A stretch of DNA of 64,000 bases from Thermoanaerobaculia bacterium (GTDB lineage Bacteria > Acidobacteriota > Thermoanaerobaculia > Multivoradales > Multivoraceae), in the NCBI GenBank assembly GCA_963664405.1, contig OY761158.1:1-64000 (forward strand). The letters are read 5' to 3'. Positions 51,689 through 62,027 of the stretch are shown here, one piece after another. Position 1 is the first letter of the stretch. Each line of letters starts with the position of its first letter. The notes beneath the pieces are model-generated. The model made no database searches and was not told the origin of the DNA. It was given only the letters and a program-made list of their open reading frames with translations. A program made the translations under genes and the position numbers.

Positions 51689-53147
51689 GTTGGTCGTAGT
51701 CCTCGAGGTTGTGCGGTCTCACGGAGAGATCTCGCTGTTGGAGCTCCTGGCTGAGCGGCACCGGTAAAGCCGGGGGCTGACCGAGGCCGCGCTGGTGCCG
51801 TTCGAGTAGGAGCCGGACGGACTGGAATCGCGGTGCGTGGTTCAGGAGCGCTTCGCGCACGGCTTTGTCGAGTCGCTGGGGGCCGTACTGGCGCAGGAGT
51901 CGGAGCAGGCCGGCGGTCTGCGTTCCGAGGTTCTCGCCTCGCTCGGCGAGCTGCTGCATCAGCTCTTCGCATCGAGGCACAGCGGAAAACAGCCGATGGA
52001 AGCCCCGGTGTCGTCGGGCCCTGCGTTTGTGAGCGAGGAGCTCCTCGAGGTGTTGAGGATCGAGGATCTGCTCGCCCCGGGAGTACGAGCGAGGGTGCTC
52101 GGCGAGGAGCTCCTGGCCATCGAGGATCCGCACCCGATGCTCGCTGGCGAGGAGCGTGACGGTCCTCTGCACATGACTGTGCGGCACCGAGTAGTCGTTG
52201 AGGTCGAAGCGCACGATCGGCGTCTTTCTGACCTTGATCTCCAGTCGCAGGTCGGTTTCGAAGTCGTCTCCGGGAAGCTCAAGCAGTCGAGGTCGTTCCT
52301 GGGCCAGGGCGCTTTTCACGGTTCGCTGTCGGTCCTGCGGCCAGGGTCTGCGCTGCGACCTCTGGCACCATTCCAGGACCTGCCGATTCAGACGATCCAA
52401 ATCGCTCACCGTTCGGGCGCCGAAGAACGAGCTTCGCAGGAAGCGGATTGCGCGCTCGACGCGGCCTTTCTCATTTCCCCGAGCCACCGCGGCGACGGTG
52501 GGAAGGAAGCCGTAGTGGCTGGCGAAATCGAGCAGCACGGGATGGAAGCGCACCGCGGTTCCCTGCCGCTCGATCACCGCGGTTCGCAGGTTGTCGTACA
52601 GAACGGTCCTGACGACGCCGTCGACGTAGTGGAAGGCCAGCTGGTGAGCGTGCAAGAAGGTTTCGAGACGAGTGTCGAGGGTGAAGTGCACGAAGACCGT
52701 GCGCGAGAACGACAGCACGAAGACGAAGGCATAGAGCCGACGATGTGCCCGGCCGACGCGGAGCCGACCGAAGTGGCCCCAGTCGACCTGCGCCTGCTCT
52801 CCTGGCAGCATGCGCAGCGAGAGAAACGCCTCGCGCTGGGGCTTCGGTCGCATCGAGGCCACCAGGTGGCGAAACTGATCCGGGCCTCCTGGATAGCCGC
52901 GCTCCACCACCATGGTGTAGAGACGGCTCGCCGGCAGTCGTGGGTAGGTCCCGAGCACCTGCTCGATGAACGGCAGGTAAGGATCGATCATCCTCCCTCG
53001 TCGCTGCTGGGGTAGCACGCCGGACTTCTCCAGCGCCCGGCGCACGGTTGAGGGGTGCAGCTGTAGCTGTCGAGCGATCGTGCCGACTTTCCACTTCTCG
53101 ACCAGGAACAGACGACGGATCTCCCCGCGCAGCTGTGCGTCGATCAC
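51639..53147 (-). CDS. istA: IstA DDE transposase
   Basis: PGEQAQVDWG, LYDNLR, EKGRVER; probable GTG start at 53147. Confidence 0.9.
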   Translation of the reverse strand: MIDAQLRGEIRRLFLVEKWKVGTIARQLQLHPSTVRRALEKSGVLPQQRRGRMIDPYLPFIEQVLGTYPRLPASRLYTMVVERGYPGGPDQFRHLVASMRPKPQREAFLSLRMLPGEQAQVDWGHFGRLRVGRAHRRLYAFVFVLSFSRTVFVHFTLDTRLETFLHAHQLAFHYVDGVVRTVLYDNLRTAVIERQGTAVRFHPVLLDFASHYGFLPTVAAVARGNEKGRVERAIRFLRSSFFGARTVSDLDRLNRQVLEWCQRSQRRPWPQDRQRTVKSALAQERPRLLELPGDDFETDLRLEIKVRKTPIVRFDLNDYSVPHSHVQRTVTLLASEHRVRILDGQELLAEHPRSYSRGEQILDPQHLEELLAHKRRARRHRGFHRLFSAVPRCEELMQQLAERGENLGTQTAGLLRLLRQYGPQRLDKAVREALLNHAPRFQSVRLLLERHQRGLGQPPALPVPLSQELQQRDLSVRPHNLEDYDQLGGNDDGPTQEESNDP

Positions 53148-53151
53148 GCCC

Positions 53152-53547
53152 CTATCTCCGTCGGCAACGACGAAAGCTCGTTCGCACAAACTCTCGGCAG
53201 GCCTCTCCACACTGCATGCATCGCGGATTCCTCGGGTCGTAGCGCACTTCGCGCCTCGGAGTCTCGATCCGACACAGTGTCCTCCCCGAAGTACCGCCTG
53301 GGGTACCCTGATGCGTCACTTTCTCTGCCCGCTCGCGCTGGCGCCGACGGTAGCGGGCCTGACGGGCGGCATGACAATGCCGACCTCGGAGGCTTCGCTG
53401 GTACCGATGGCCGGCCGCCCGAGTCGATTCCCGACGAGCCACCAGAGCACAAGCCCGGCAGTAACGCTGGCCACGGTCACAGTGCGAGCACAGCGAGATA
53501 CGCCGACGGCATCGAGCACAGTCGAAGAGTCGGTAGTCCGGTCGCAT
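53152..53547 (-). CDS. Cys-rich (putative Zn-binding) accessory protein upstream of istA
   Basis: CARC, CSHCDRGQRYCRAC, CMQCGEAC motifs. Confidence 0.65.
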   Translation of the reverse strand: MRPDYRLFDCARCRRRISLCSHCDRGQRYCRACALVARRESTRAAGHRYQRSLRGRHCHAARQARYRRRQRERAEKVTHQGTPGGTSGRTLCRIETPRREVRYDPRNPRCMQCGEACREFVRTSFRRCRRR

Positions 53548-53907
53548 CGTCGCCTCCCATTCGACGACGACCCCGACTCTCTGCCATACTGCAAGCGCAG
53601 CTAATGCTGCGGTTTGGGGCAGAGCCCGGGGCGTTTTCTACTTCGCTTTCCCGGGCTCTCGCCGTCTCTGGTCGGCCTGCTCTATCAGAGCAGAGCCCGC
53701 ACTGCAAAGCCCTACACCGACTCACGCATCTCTTCCGACCGCAAACACGCCGCCGGGACCACGCACCCGGACCGCCGTTCCGGCGGGATGATGCCGCCCT
53801 TCCTGAAGAAGGCCTAGCTTTCCCGCGGTCGCGAAGCCCTCAGCTCACTCCATCCCGGAAACTGCGCTCGCAGCCAACGGGATGCGCTTTCTCGCAGCCA
53901 TCAACAC

Positions 53908-54441
53908 TTGACCCGGGAAGCCCTGGTACCGACTAGAAAGGCAGCCCCCGCCCCATATGAGCCAGTGCAGCATGCTCGTCTCCGACTGGGAGGCCTCACC
54001 CCGAGTGATCCTGTGTCCGAGATTGTCGGCGAGGATGGCAACATCGCGGAGCACCGCCGGGACACCGAAGCTCGCCTGATAGTCGCGATCGAGAAAGCGG
54101 AGAAGGGCAGCTACCAGACATGTATCGAGCGGCTCTCCAGCTTCTTAGAGCCCGAGCATGGCGGGCACAGGGGGAAGTACCACGTGCAGGGCGGTGGGTT
54201 GCCCAGCGAGAAGGATGCGCCTGACATCGCCCATCTCGCAGCCTTCCATCTGATTCGAGCGATCGCCCTATGGCGCCGTGCGGACAAGTCCCTGTCGGCC
54301 ACCCTAGCTCACCAGGCTGGACTGGCGTATGAGTACCTACGCAGCGCTGGAGACCGCGGTGATCTGGCTATGACGGACCGGATGCTGAAAGAGGTGCGGG
54401 GCGCGCGCTTCATCTCGTCTGCCCGGGATGTCGAATCATAG
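53908..54441 (+). CDS. Hypothetical protein, possibly 5'-truncated by IS21
   Basis: ORF begins at the IS end; no family recognised. Confidence 0.4.
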   Translation: MTREALVPTRKAAPAPYEPVQHARLRLGGLTPSDPVSEIVGEDGNIAEHRRDTEARLIVAIEKAEKGSYQTCIERLSSFLEPEHGGHRGKYHVQGGGLPSEKDAPDIAHLAAFHLIRAIALWRRADKSLSATLAHQAGLAYEYLRSAGDRGDLAMTDRMLKEVRGARFISSARDVES

Positions 54442-54593
54442 TCCGGGATCCCCGCCGCAGCCAGGCTCACTCCCTTCCAACTCCCCCTCGACCCCCAAGC
54501 TGTGCCAGCGAGAAACCCGCGCCCCAAAAGGCCGTATGAGAAACTAGAATAGCCACGTCACCAAAACCATCCGAGGTGTGGGGAGACAGATCG

Positions 54594-56189
54594 ATGAGAA
54601 TGAGAGTACATCTTTCGCGAAAGGCTTTGACCTTGACGGTTCTTGCGGCTGCATCGGCACTGCTTGCCAGCCCGATCTTTGCAGCTGCCGTGGACGTCGA
54701 GCAGCCGAACTATGTCGAGCACGTAGCTCCCCTTCTGCACGAGAATTGTGTTTCCTGTCATCGTCCCGACGAGATCGCGCCGATGTCTCTGCGCACCTAT
54801 GACGAGGTACGCCCCTGGGCCCGCTCGATCGCGAAAAGCGTTCGCCAGCGCGACATGCCGCCTTGGGACGCCGATGAGGGATACGGCCCCTTCACCAACG
54901 ACACCAGCCTCTCTGAGGACGAGATCGAAACGATCACGACCTGGGCCCTGTCTGGAGCGCCTCGCGGCGAGGGCGACGAACCCGAGCCCCCCACCTTCGA
55001 GCGCGAAGGTGAATGGGCTTTGGGCGAGCCGGACTGGATCATCGAGTTCGACCCAATCGAGGTTACCGCCGACGGGCCCGATCAGTTCGTGCAGATTCCG
55101 CTCGAAACCGGCTTGGAGGGCGAGGGTTGGATCCGCGCCATCGAGGTTCTTCCTGGAGACCCCAAGGTGGTTCACCACTTCATTCTCTGGCAGGCGGACG
55201 AGAGCGGCAGGATGCAAGAGTCCTGGATCTCCGGTTGGGCGGCAGGCGCACCTCCCGCCGAGTTTCCGGATGGCACGGCGCGCCTCATCAAGAGTGGTCG
55301 CAAGCTGATCGGCGATTTCCACTATCACCCCTACGGCGAGGCCTCGACCGACAAGACGAGGGTCGGTATCTACTACGCCAAGGAGGAGGAGATCGAAAAG
55401 GAGTTCGTCAATCTCTGGATCCTGAACGCCGATTTCAAGATCCCCGCCGGCGACCCTAACTACGGCGCCAAGGCGTCCTATGTCTTTCCGCAGGACGTCG
55501 AGATCCGTGCGCTGGCGCCACATATGCACTATCGCGGCAAGGACATGAGCTACACCGCGACCTATCCCGATGGCCGCCAGGAGAAGCTCCTCAGCGTCAG
55601 TCGCTATGACTTCAACTGGCAGAATGGCTATGAGTTCGAGACACCGATCGCCGCCCCGGCGGGTACTCGCATCGATGTCGTAGCCCATTGGGACAATTCG
55701 CCTGACAATCCGAGCAACCCCGACCCAACCGTCGACGTGGTCTGGGGCCCTCAGTCGACCGACGAGATGTTGATCGGCTTCCTCGACTATGTGGTCAAGG
55801 AAGGGATCAGCCCGGAGCCGATCAGTCTCGTCCTGGGTAAGCTCGCCGAGCTCGCCGAGGCCTATCCCGGCGAGGCGTGGCGAGTCGACATCACGCGTCA
55901 ACCGGGCAAGGGCCCCGAGCCCACCGCGCTCCACCTTCCGCGAGAAGGCGGACAGGGCGGCTGGTACGTGCAAGTGGGCAGCCTGGTACTGCCGGCGCCG
56001 ATCAAGGATGTAGCCTGGGTGGACAACAAAGTGACCGGTACCGCAATGATCCCAGGCCAGGAGCCGATGGCGATCTCCGGCGAGCTCGATCCCGAGAGCG
56101 GCAAGATCACGCTGTCGATGGGGCTCGGAGCTGTCGTCGGCCTCCCCGCCGAGGACGAGAGCGCGCAATCGGTCGTCCCCAACGCCTAG
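54594..56189 (+). CDS. Secreted c-type cytochrome / copper type II monooxygenase-like protein
   Basis: Signal peptide, CVSCH, MPPW, VVHH, PHMHYRG, YDFNWQ, DEM motifs. Confidence 0.8.
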   Translation: MRMRVHLSRKALTLTVLAAASALLASPIFAAAVDVEQPNYVEHVAPLLHENCVSCHRPDEIAPMSLRTYDEVRPWARSIAKSVRQRDMPPWDADEGYGPFTNDTSLSEDEIETITTWALSGAPRGEGDEPEPPTFEREGEWALGEPDWIIEFDPIEVTADGPDQFVQIPLETGLEGEGWIRAIEVLPGDPKVVHHFILWQADESGRMQESWISGWAAGAPPAEFPDGTARLIKSGRKLIGDFHYHPYGEASTDKTRVGIYYAKEEEIEKEFVNLWILNADFKIPAGDPNYGAKASYVFPQDVEIRALAPHMHYRGKDMSYTATYPDGRQEKLLSVSRYDFNWQNGYEFETPIAAPAGTRIDVVAHWDNSPDNPSNPDPTVDVVWGPQSTDEMLIGFLDYVVKEGISPEPISLVLGKLAELAEAYPGEAWRVDITRQPGKGPEPTALHLPREGGQGGWYVQVGSLVLPAPIKDVAWVDNKVTGTAMIPGQEPMAISGELDPESGKITLSMGLGAVVGLPAEDESAQSVVPNA

Positions 56190-56308
56190 ACCAGCCTCTG
56201 ACCCAATCGCTTCGCAGTACCCTTGCCGGATCGGTGCGCGACGCCTTCAATGCTCGAGCCAGCGCTGCAAGGGCCGCCACCGCCGTCAACAGCGCCGCGA
56301 CCGTGTAG
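56190..56308 (-). pseudogene. C-terminal remnant of an FtsX/MacB-like ABC permease
   Basis: YTVAALLTAVAALAALARALKASRTDPARVLRSD resembles the conserved permease tail. Confidence 0.5.
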
Positions 56309-56345
56309 AGAGCCTTCGCTCCGGAAGGTTGCTAGAGTCCGAAAG

Positions 56346-57973
56346 TGATGAGGCCCCTCGCTCTCTACATCGGTGTGCTCGCGCTGGCGGGCTGCGGAGG
56401 CGAGCCCGAGCTGCCGCCTAATCTGCTCTTGGTAACCGTAGACTCACTGCGAGTCGATCGCCTCCGACTGTGGAACCCGAATACCGGGGTCGCGACCCCA
56501 GAGCTGGAAAAGATGGCTCGCGCAGGCACCCGTTTTTCCAATACCTGGGCGGTAGCACCGTGGACGGCTCCTTCTGTGGTCTCAGTCTTCAGCGGCCTTT
56601 TTCCCCCGAGCCACGGCGTCGTCTACCGAGACGACAGCACACCGAAGGGCCTGCCAACACTGCCGCGCCTACTCGAAGGTCAGGGCTACCATCTGGGCAA
56701 TTTCTCGTTCTTCGCAGGCATCTCCTACTTTCGTAATCTCGGCCTTCCGGCTCCTCCCCCGGGGCTGCGCCACGGCCGCGTTGTCGAGACCTTCTCCAAC
56801 TGGCTCAGTGAAGTGCCCGGCGAGGAGCCCTTCTTCGCCTGGCTCCACCTGCTCGAGCCTCACCTACCCTACGGCGCCAGTGGGTATACGGCGAGAAAGG
56901 CCAAGGTCGAGGGCTCGACCGGTCTGGTCGAGGCGCAGCTTCGTGGCACGCTACCTCTGGACAGCGCAGAGTTTGCCGCAGGTGATCGCGACCGTCTTAT
57001 CGACCTCTATGACCAAGACGTTGCGGAAATGGACGAGGAGCTCGGAAAGATCTTCTCCGCCCTCGAGGTCTCCGGACGCTCCGAAGAGACACTGGTTGTG
57101 TTTGTCGCCGACCACGGCGAGGAGCTCCTCGAGGACGGCTGGGTCGGGCACGCGTCGACCGCCGTGGAGGCCAAGCTACTCCCCGAGATCCTCCGCATCC
57201 CCTTCGTGCTCTCGGGCCCGAATGTGCCTGCAGGCCGAACGGTTGACGCGTTGCTTCAGCAAGTCGACATCTTCCCATCGATCTTGCGCCTGCTGAATAT
57301 CGATCTGCCAAAGCGAATCGACGGGAGGCTCGTGCCGGGACTCTTCGCGCTGCGCGGCTCCAAGCGGCGTGCCGCCTTTTTTGACTCTTCTATGGGCGGC
57401 AATCTGACCCCGATCGAGCGCCGAGGCGAGCGACTCCAGGGCATTACCGACGGCGAGTGCCTGCTACAGAGCCACATCGAGCAGGGGGCCCCACCCTCAC
57501 TTCTCAGCCGCGATCTCACCGTGGGGGGATGCTCCGAGCCCCGCCTCCGCCGACTCGCGGCGTCCCTCGACGACTGGCGCGAAGAGCAGACGCTACAGCG
57601 GGTCCAACTGCTGGCAGATTCGGGCAGCGAAAATCGACCCGATGGCGCCCTGGTTGCCGCTTTCGATCAATCCCTGGAGGTTCTGCAGCCTCCTTCGGGC
57701 ACGACTCTGGATTGGTCCGCGACACAAGGTCAGCTAGTCTTGGAGTGGTCAGGGACAAGCGATGGGTACTGGGTCGAGTATCAGATCGCAGAAGGCTTGA
57801 AGCATGTTGAAGGCAGCTTCCCCGCCGAGCAGCAGCGCCTCGTCTTCGGACCTTTTCCGCTCGGCTTCTGGAACGACCTGGCTTCCTATAGCCCCTTCCT
57901 CTTCCGCGTCGTCGATACCAACGCCCGCACGCGCTCCGCGTGGATCGATTTCAAGCTCGAGCCGGCGTCTTGA
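56346..57973 (+). CDS. Sulfatase-like lipoprotein (alkaline phosphatase superfamily)
   Basis: LAGC lipobox, NLLLVTVDSLRVD, PWTAPS (Thr where Cys/Ser is usual), EPHLPY, ADHGE. Confidence 0.8.
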
Positions 57974-60018
57974 CGATAGCTGCACAGACTCTTCTCACTG
58001 CCCTCCTGTGTGCCCTCGTAGGCCAAGAGGGCGCACCGGATCACGAGCCCGACCCTCCCCCACCTTTCAACGACCTGCTGCAGCTGAGCGGGCTCGAGCT
58101 CAGCGACCTCGAGGTAGGCGCTCCGGCGGATTGGTTGGGCCATCCTGCCCCGAGCTCTATTCCCTTCCTCCTTCCGCACTACATCGATACCGCCAGGAAC
58201 CCCCTGCGCCTCGCGGCTCTCGGCAACAACCTTCTTCACGTCGCCCGCCGAGGCCTGGAGGACCCCGATCGAGGTCTTGTGTCACTCCTTACCGCCTCCC
58301 TTCTACAACCTCGTCTCCCTGGCTTCCGCGGCCTCTCGCAGGCTCCTGCGGAGCCCAAGAGAGCGGCGGACCTGCCGACTTCGTCGAGCGGGCAGAGCTT
58401 GCCGGTCGCACTCCAGGACCCCCTGAGCGACCTCCTCAGTGTCTTCGAGTTGGCGTCGGCGGCGGTACGACACTCTTGGGCTCGGGTGCCCGCGGAGGTG
58501 CTGAGCCTCGCCCTCGAGGCACGAAACCTCCCCAGAGACATCCCTGGAGGCACCGTGTCGTGGCCAGGGCTAGAGGACGCTGCGCTTGGCGGGGACGATG
58601 TCGGACGCGCCTGGGCGCTGCTCGCGCTGGTACGGGGTCTCGAGGACGCGGCCGAGGCCCTCTCTTCGCTGTCTCCGGACCAATATGCGGGCTTCGAGAG
58701 CTGGGCCTATTCCTCGCCACTGGGCCGAATCGTCGTGGCCGGCGCCGGTGACGACGAGCATCTCTGCCCCCAGGGCTGTTCTCTGATCGTCGATCTCGGC
58801 GGCGACGACGTCTACCGCGGTGAGGTAGCAAGCGCTCGCGCTCCCCACCGGCTGGTTGCTGCAGTTCTGGACCTGGGCGGCAATGACCACTACCTTGGCG
58901 ACTCGGCGACGCACACGCAAGGCGCCGGTCTCGGTGGCGTGGGCATCCTCTTCGACCTGGAGGGAGACGATCGCTACCAAGCCACCGACTATGCGCAGGG
59001 TTTCGGGCTGCTCGGCTACGGACTGCTCTGGGACGCGGCTGGATCGGATAGCTTTTCCGCCGCCGGAGGGGCTCAGGGAGCCGCGGTTTTCGGCGGCGGC
59101 GCACTTATCGACGGGGCCGGCAACGATCGCTATTCGGTCTTGGGAGAAGGACAGGGGTTCGGGGATCCCTGGGCTTGCGGGATCCTCGTCGACGCAGGCG
59201 GTGACGACAACTATCACGCGCAGCCCGACCCAGCCCTGGCGCACGGTCGCGCCGACTATCACTCTGAAGGTCGAGTCGCCGCCAACAACTCCCAGGGAGT
59301 GGGGGTCGGCCGTCGAGGAGATCTGGGTGACGGCCAGGCCTGGGCCGGCGGACTCGGGGTGATCGCTGACCTGAGCGGGAACGATTCTTACACCGCAGGC
59401 AACTTCTCTCAGGGAGTGGGCTACTGGTTCGGAACCGGCATGCTCCTTGATGGAGCTGGCAACGACCGCTATGAGTCGGTCTACTTCTCACAAGCCTCGG
59501 GAGCCCACTACAGCTTGGCGTTGCTCTACGACCGCGCCGGTGACGACCAGCACCTGCTGTCGCAGGAGGCGGGGGCCAGCCTTGGCTATGGCTGGGACTT
59601 CGCCGCGAGCTTGTTCATCGACGGCTCCGGCGACGACACCTATAGGGCTCGCGGGACTGCGGTGGCGGGGGCGGAGCTGAGCTCTGTGGCTCTCTTCCTC
59701 GAGCTCGGCGGCGACGACCGCTACCAGATAGCCGTTCCTTCGCGCTCTCTTGGCTGGTCAGCTTCGACCGGAGCTGGAAGCGATTCGACGCGGATCCCGA
59801 TCACTGCATCTCTGACGTCGAACCAAGTCGGCTTCTTTCTCGACCTCGGAGGCAACGATGAATACCCCCCGGGAGTGACCTCCAATGGAAGGGAATGGAG
59901 CCGTCCGATAGCCGGTCGCGGGCAACTCGGCTGGACCCGTGTCGGAGTCGGGGCGGACCGCGAAGAGACCCCTCCTCGGCAGGTTGCGCCCTGGCTCCTG
60001 AAGAAGCCTACGGAGTAG
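57970..60018 (+). CDS. Secreted hypothetical protein with many D-x-x-G-[DN]-D-x-Y repeats
   Basis: DLGGDDVY, DLGGNDHY, DLEGDDRY, DGAGNDRY and more; TTGA overlap with the upstream stop. Confidence 0.75.
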   Translation: MTIAAQTLLTALLCALVGQEGAPDHEPDPPPPFNDLLQLSGLELSDLEVGAPADWLGHPAPSSIPFLLPHYIDTARNPLRLAALGNNLLHVARRGLEDPDRGLVSLLTASLLQPRLPGFRGLSQAPAEPKRAADLPTSSSGQSLPVALQDPLSDLLSVFELASAAVRHSWARVPAEVLSLALEARNLPRDIPGGTVSWPGLEDAALGGDDVGRAWALLALVRGLEDAAEALSSLSPDQYAGFESWAYSSPLGRIVVAGAGDDEHLCPQGCSLIVDLGGDDVYRGEVASARAPHRLVAAVLDLGGNDHYLGDSATHTQGAGLGGVGILFDLEGDDRYQATDYAQGFGLLGYGLLWDAAGSDSFSAAGGAQGAAVFGGGALIDGAGNDRYSVLGEGQGFGDPWACGILVDAGGDDNYHAQPDPALAHGRADYHSEGRVAANNSQGVGVGRRGDLGDGQAWAGGLGVIADLSGNDSYTAGNFSQGVGYWFGTGMLLDGAGNDRYESVYFSQASGAHYSLALLYDRAGDDQHLLSQEAGASLGYGWDFAASLFIDGSGDDTYRARGTAVAGAELSSVALFLELGGDDRYQIAVPSRSLGWSASTGAGSDSTRIPITASLTSNQVGFFLDLGGNDEYPPGVTSNGREWSRPIAGRGQLGWTRVGVGADREETPPRQVAPWLLKKPTE

Positions 60019-60202
60019 GGTTGCCCTCGTGTCCGGCGCTGGTGAAGAGGTCTCTGCCGACGAGGGGAGATTGCATCTTGACCTCATCCCGACGGTCTTC
60101 GACCAGCATGCTGAGATCGTGGCGCATCGCGCTGAGCTCGGCTCTGACGTTGCGTACTTCCTGCAAGAGCTCCGACAGAACTTGGACGGCTTCTTCTGGC
60201 AT
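60008..60202 (-). CDS. Small coiled-coil hypothetical protein
   Basis: MPEEAVQVLSELLQEVRNVRAELSAMRHDL with AAAGGA RBS. Confidence 0.55.
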   Translation of the reverse strand: MPEEAVQVLSELLQEVRNVRAELSAMRHDLSMLVEDRRDEVKMQSPLVGRDLFTSAGHEGNPTP

Positions 60203-60324
60203 GAGTGTTGTCCTTTCGTGCACGGCGGCGTTGGTGGGGTACCGACTGATGGGTTTCTACGACCCCGCGACTCCGCTCCACCCGTCTTCGAGAGTCAGAG
60301 TCTCCTATCCCCGTCAGGAATCCG

Positions 60325-61925
60325 TCAGGTCCGCCCCAGTAAACGCTGCATGAGGCCAGGCTCGGCTCCCACCGGAATCGCGCCGGAGTCGAGCCTGTCC
60401 TTCGGCACCAGCAAGCGACCGCGGCTATGCAGTGCGACCGTCGCATCGACGATCTTCGGATCCAGATGCGTACCCCGGATCTTGCTCAGAAAGCCTACAG
60501 CCTCGTCGAAGCCCTTGGCCTCGTGGTAAGGACGCCCCGAGCTCACCGCGTCGAGGACGTCGGCTACCGCGAGCAGTCGACCGAGAAAAGGAATCTTCTC
60601 TCCGGCCAGACGGTCGGGGTAACCGGAGCCGTCCCAACGCTCGTGATGGTGACGCACACCGGGCAGAACGGAACGCAGCAGAGGGCTCTTCACCTGCTGG
60701 AGGATGTCGTAGCCGTAGACAGCGTGGCGCTTCATCTCCTCGAACTCCTCTGCCGTCAGGGGTCCGGGCTTGTTCAGAATGAGCTCCGAAACGCCGACCT
60801 TGCCGACGTCATGCACCAAGGCGGCAAGACGCACCACCTCCTCTTCGTCCCCACTGCGTCCCATCTCACGCGCAATGCGCACCGCGAAGGCGGCGACACG
60901 CTCCGAATGCCGATGGGTGTAGCCGTCCTTGGCGTCGATGGTGGCGACGATCGCCCGAATGGTGTCGAGAAGGGATTCCTGGAGCTGCTGTTGAAGGCGA
61001 GTCCTCTGGATCGCCGCACACGCCTGATTGCCGATCAGCGCGAGCAGATCGACATCGATCTCCGAGAATGCGCCGGGCTGGCTGAGGTTGTCCATATAGA
61101 GCACCCCGAGAACACCCTCGTCGCCGGAGATCGGAGAGCAGACGACCGAGCGAATGCTCTGTCGAATGATGCTCTCTCCCTCGCTGTAGCGATGATCACT
61201 GGCCGCATCCCAGCTGAGCACTGACGCCCCGTTCAGGATGACGTCCTGAATCACGGTCCGACTCACCACGAAGTGCTGGGTGCCGACGCCCGACGTGCGG
61301 CAGCGAGAGGCGACGATTCGAAGCCCCTCTCGCGTCCCCTCGCTCCCTTCTATGAGAAGGAGCGCTGCGCGATCTACAGAGCTGTTATCGAAAACGGCAC
61401 TCAGGACACCCTCGAAGACCGCGGTGACGTCTTTCGCTTGCACCAAGAGATTGGAGACCTGATACGCGGTCGCGAGACTTCGTTGGGCTCGTGCAGCTCT
61501 CCGGGGTCGGCAGCGGAAACGCCTACCTCGGGCGCCCAGTGTGCTACGACCTTGCGAATCACGCTTCGCCCTGTCTCTTCACGGAGCTCGAGCTCGGCGT
61601 CAACCTCGGAGATCCCCAGCGGGAGCGGTATCAGAAGCTCTCGACACTCGAGCACGACCGGCCCGACAGAGAGCTCATCTCCGGCATCCAGATGCCTTCG
61701 AGTCACTTTCGTGCCATTGACGAACGTTCCGTTGGCAGAGCTCAGATCACGGACAAAGACCTGGTTACCCGAGTGCTCGAAGTCGCAATGACGCCTCGAA
61801 ACGCCCCGCTCTTCCAGCCGTATCTCGCACCCGGGAGCACGGCCCAGGGTCCAGTTCGCCCCTTCTCTGATCTCAAAGGTCCGGCCGACTTTCGTTCCCT
61901 CGACGATCAACAGCTCTAGATCCAT
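60325..61925 (-). CDS. FHA-GAF-HD-GYP phosphodiesterase with a 1-nt deletion near 61492
   Basis: FHA (GR..SRRH..SANGT), GAF, HDVGK, HHERWDGSGYP; frames join at EL-Q-RAQRSL. Confidence 0.85.
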
Positions 61926-62027
61926 CAGCGACCCCTCAAAAAGCAGCTCTGTCGCGAGCACCGGCCCCCTCGGACGGAGCATCCGATAGGCAATGCGCAG
62001 CTCGCTATCCTACCAGGCGAGTGAGAA

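Larger units (their letters stand above)
50517..53906 (-). mobile_element. IS21-family element with two accessory ORFs
   Basis: 40-bp TIRs TGTTACCGGCTACGAGAAAGCGCACTTAGTTGGCTGCGAG / TGTTGATGGCTGCGAGAAAGCGCATCCCGTTGGCTGCGAG. Confidence 0.9.

Noticed and set aside
54558-56168. 536-aa antisense ORF and similar antisense ORFs (32120-33295, 51837-53015, 62175-63674)
   Set aside because: Mirror frames of real genes, expected at high GC; no recognisable motifs.
15070-61500. Single-base frameshifts at about 15079, 26976 and 61492 as programmed frameshifts or phase variation
   Set aside because: None is in a clear slippery site (the 26976 deletion is beside, not in, the G6 run). Sequencing indels or recent mutations are simpler; read pileups would decide.
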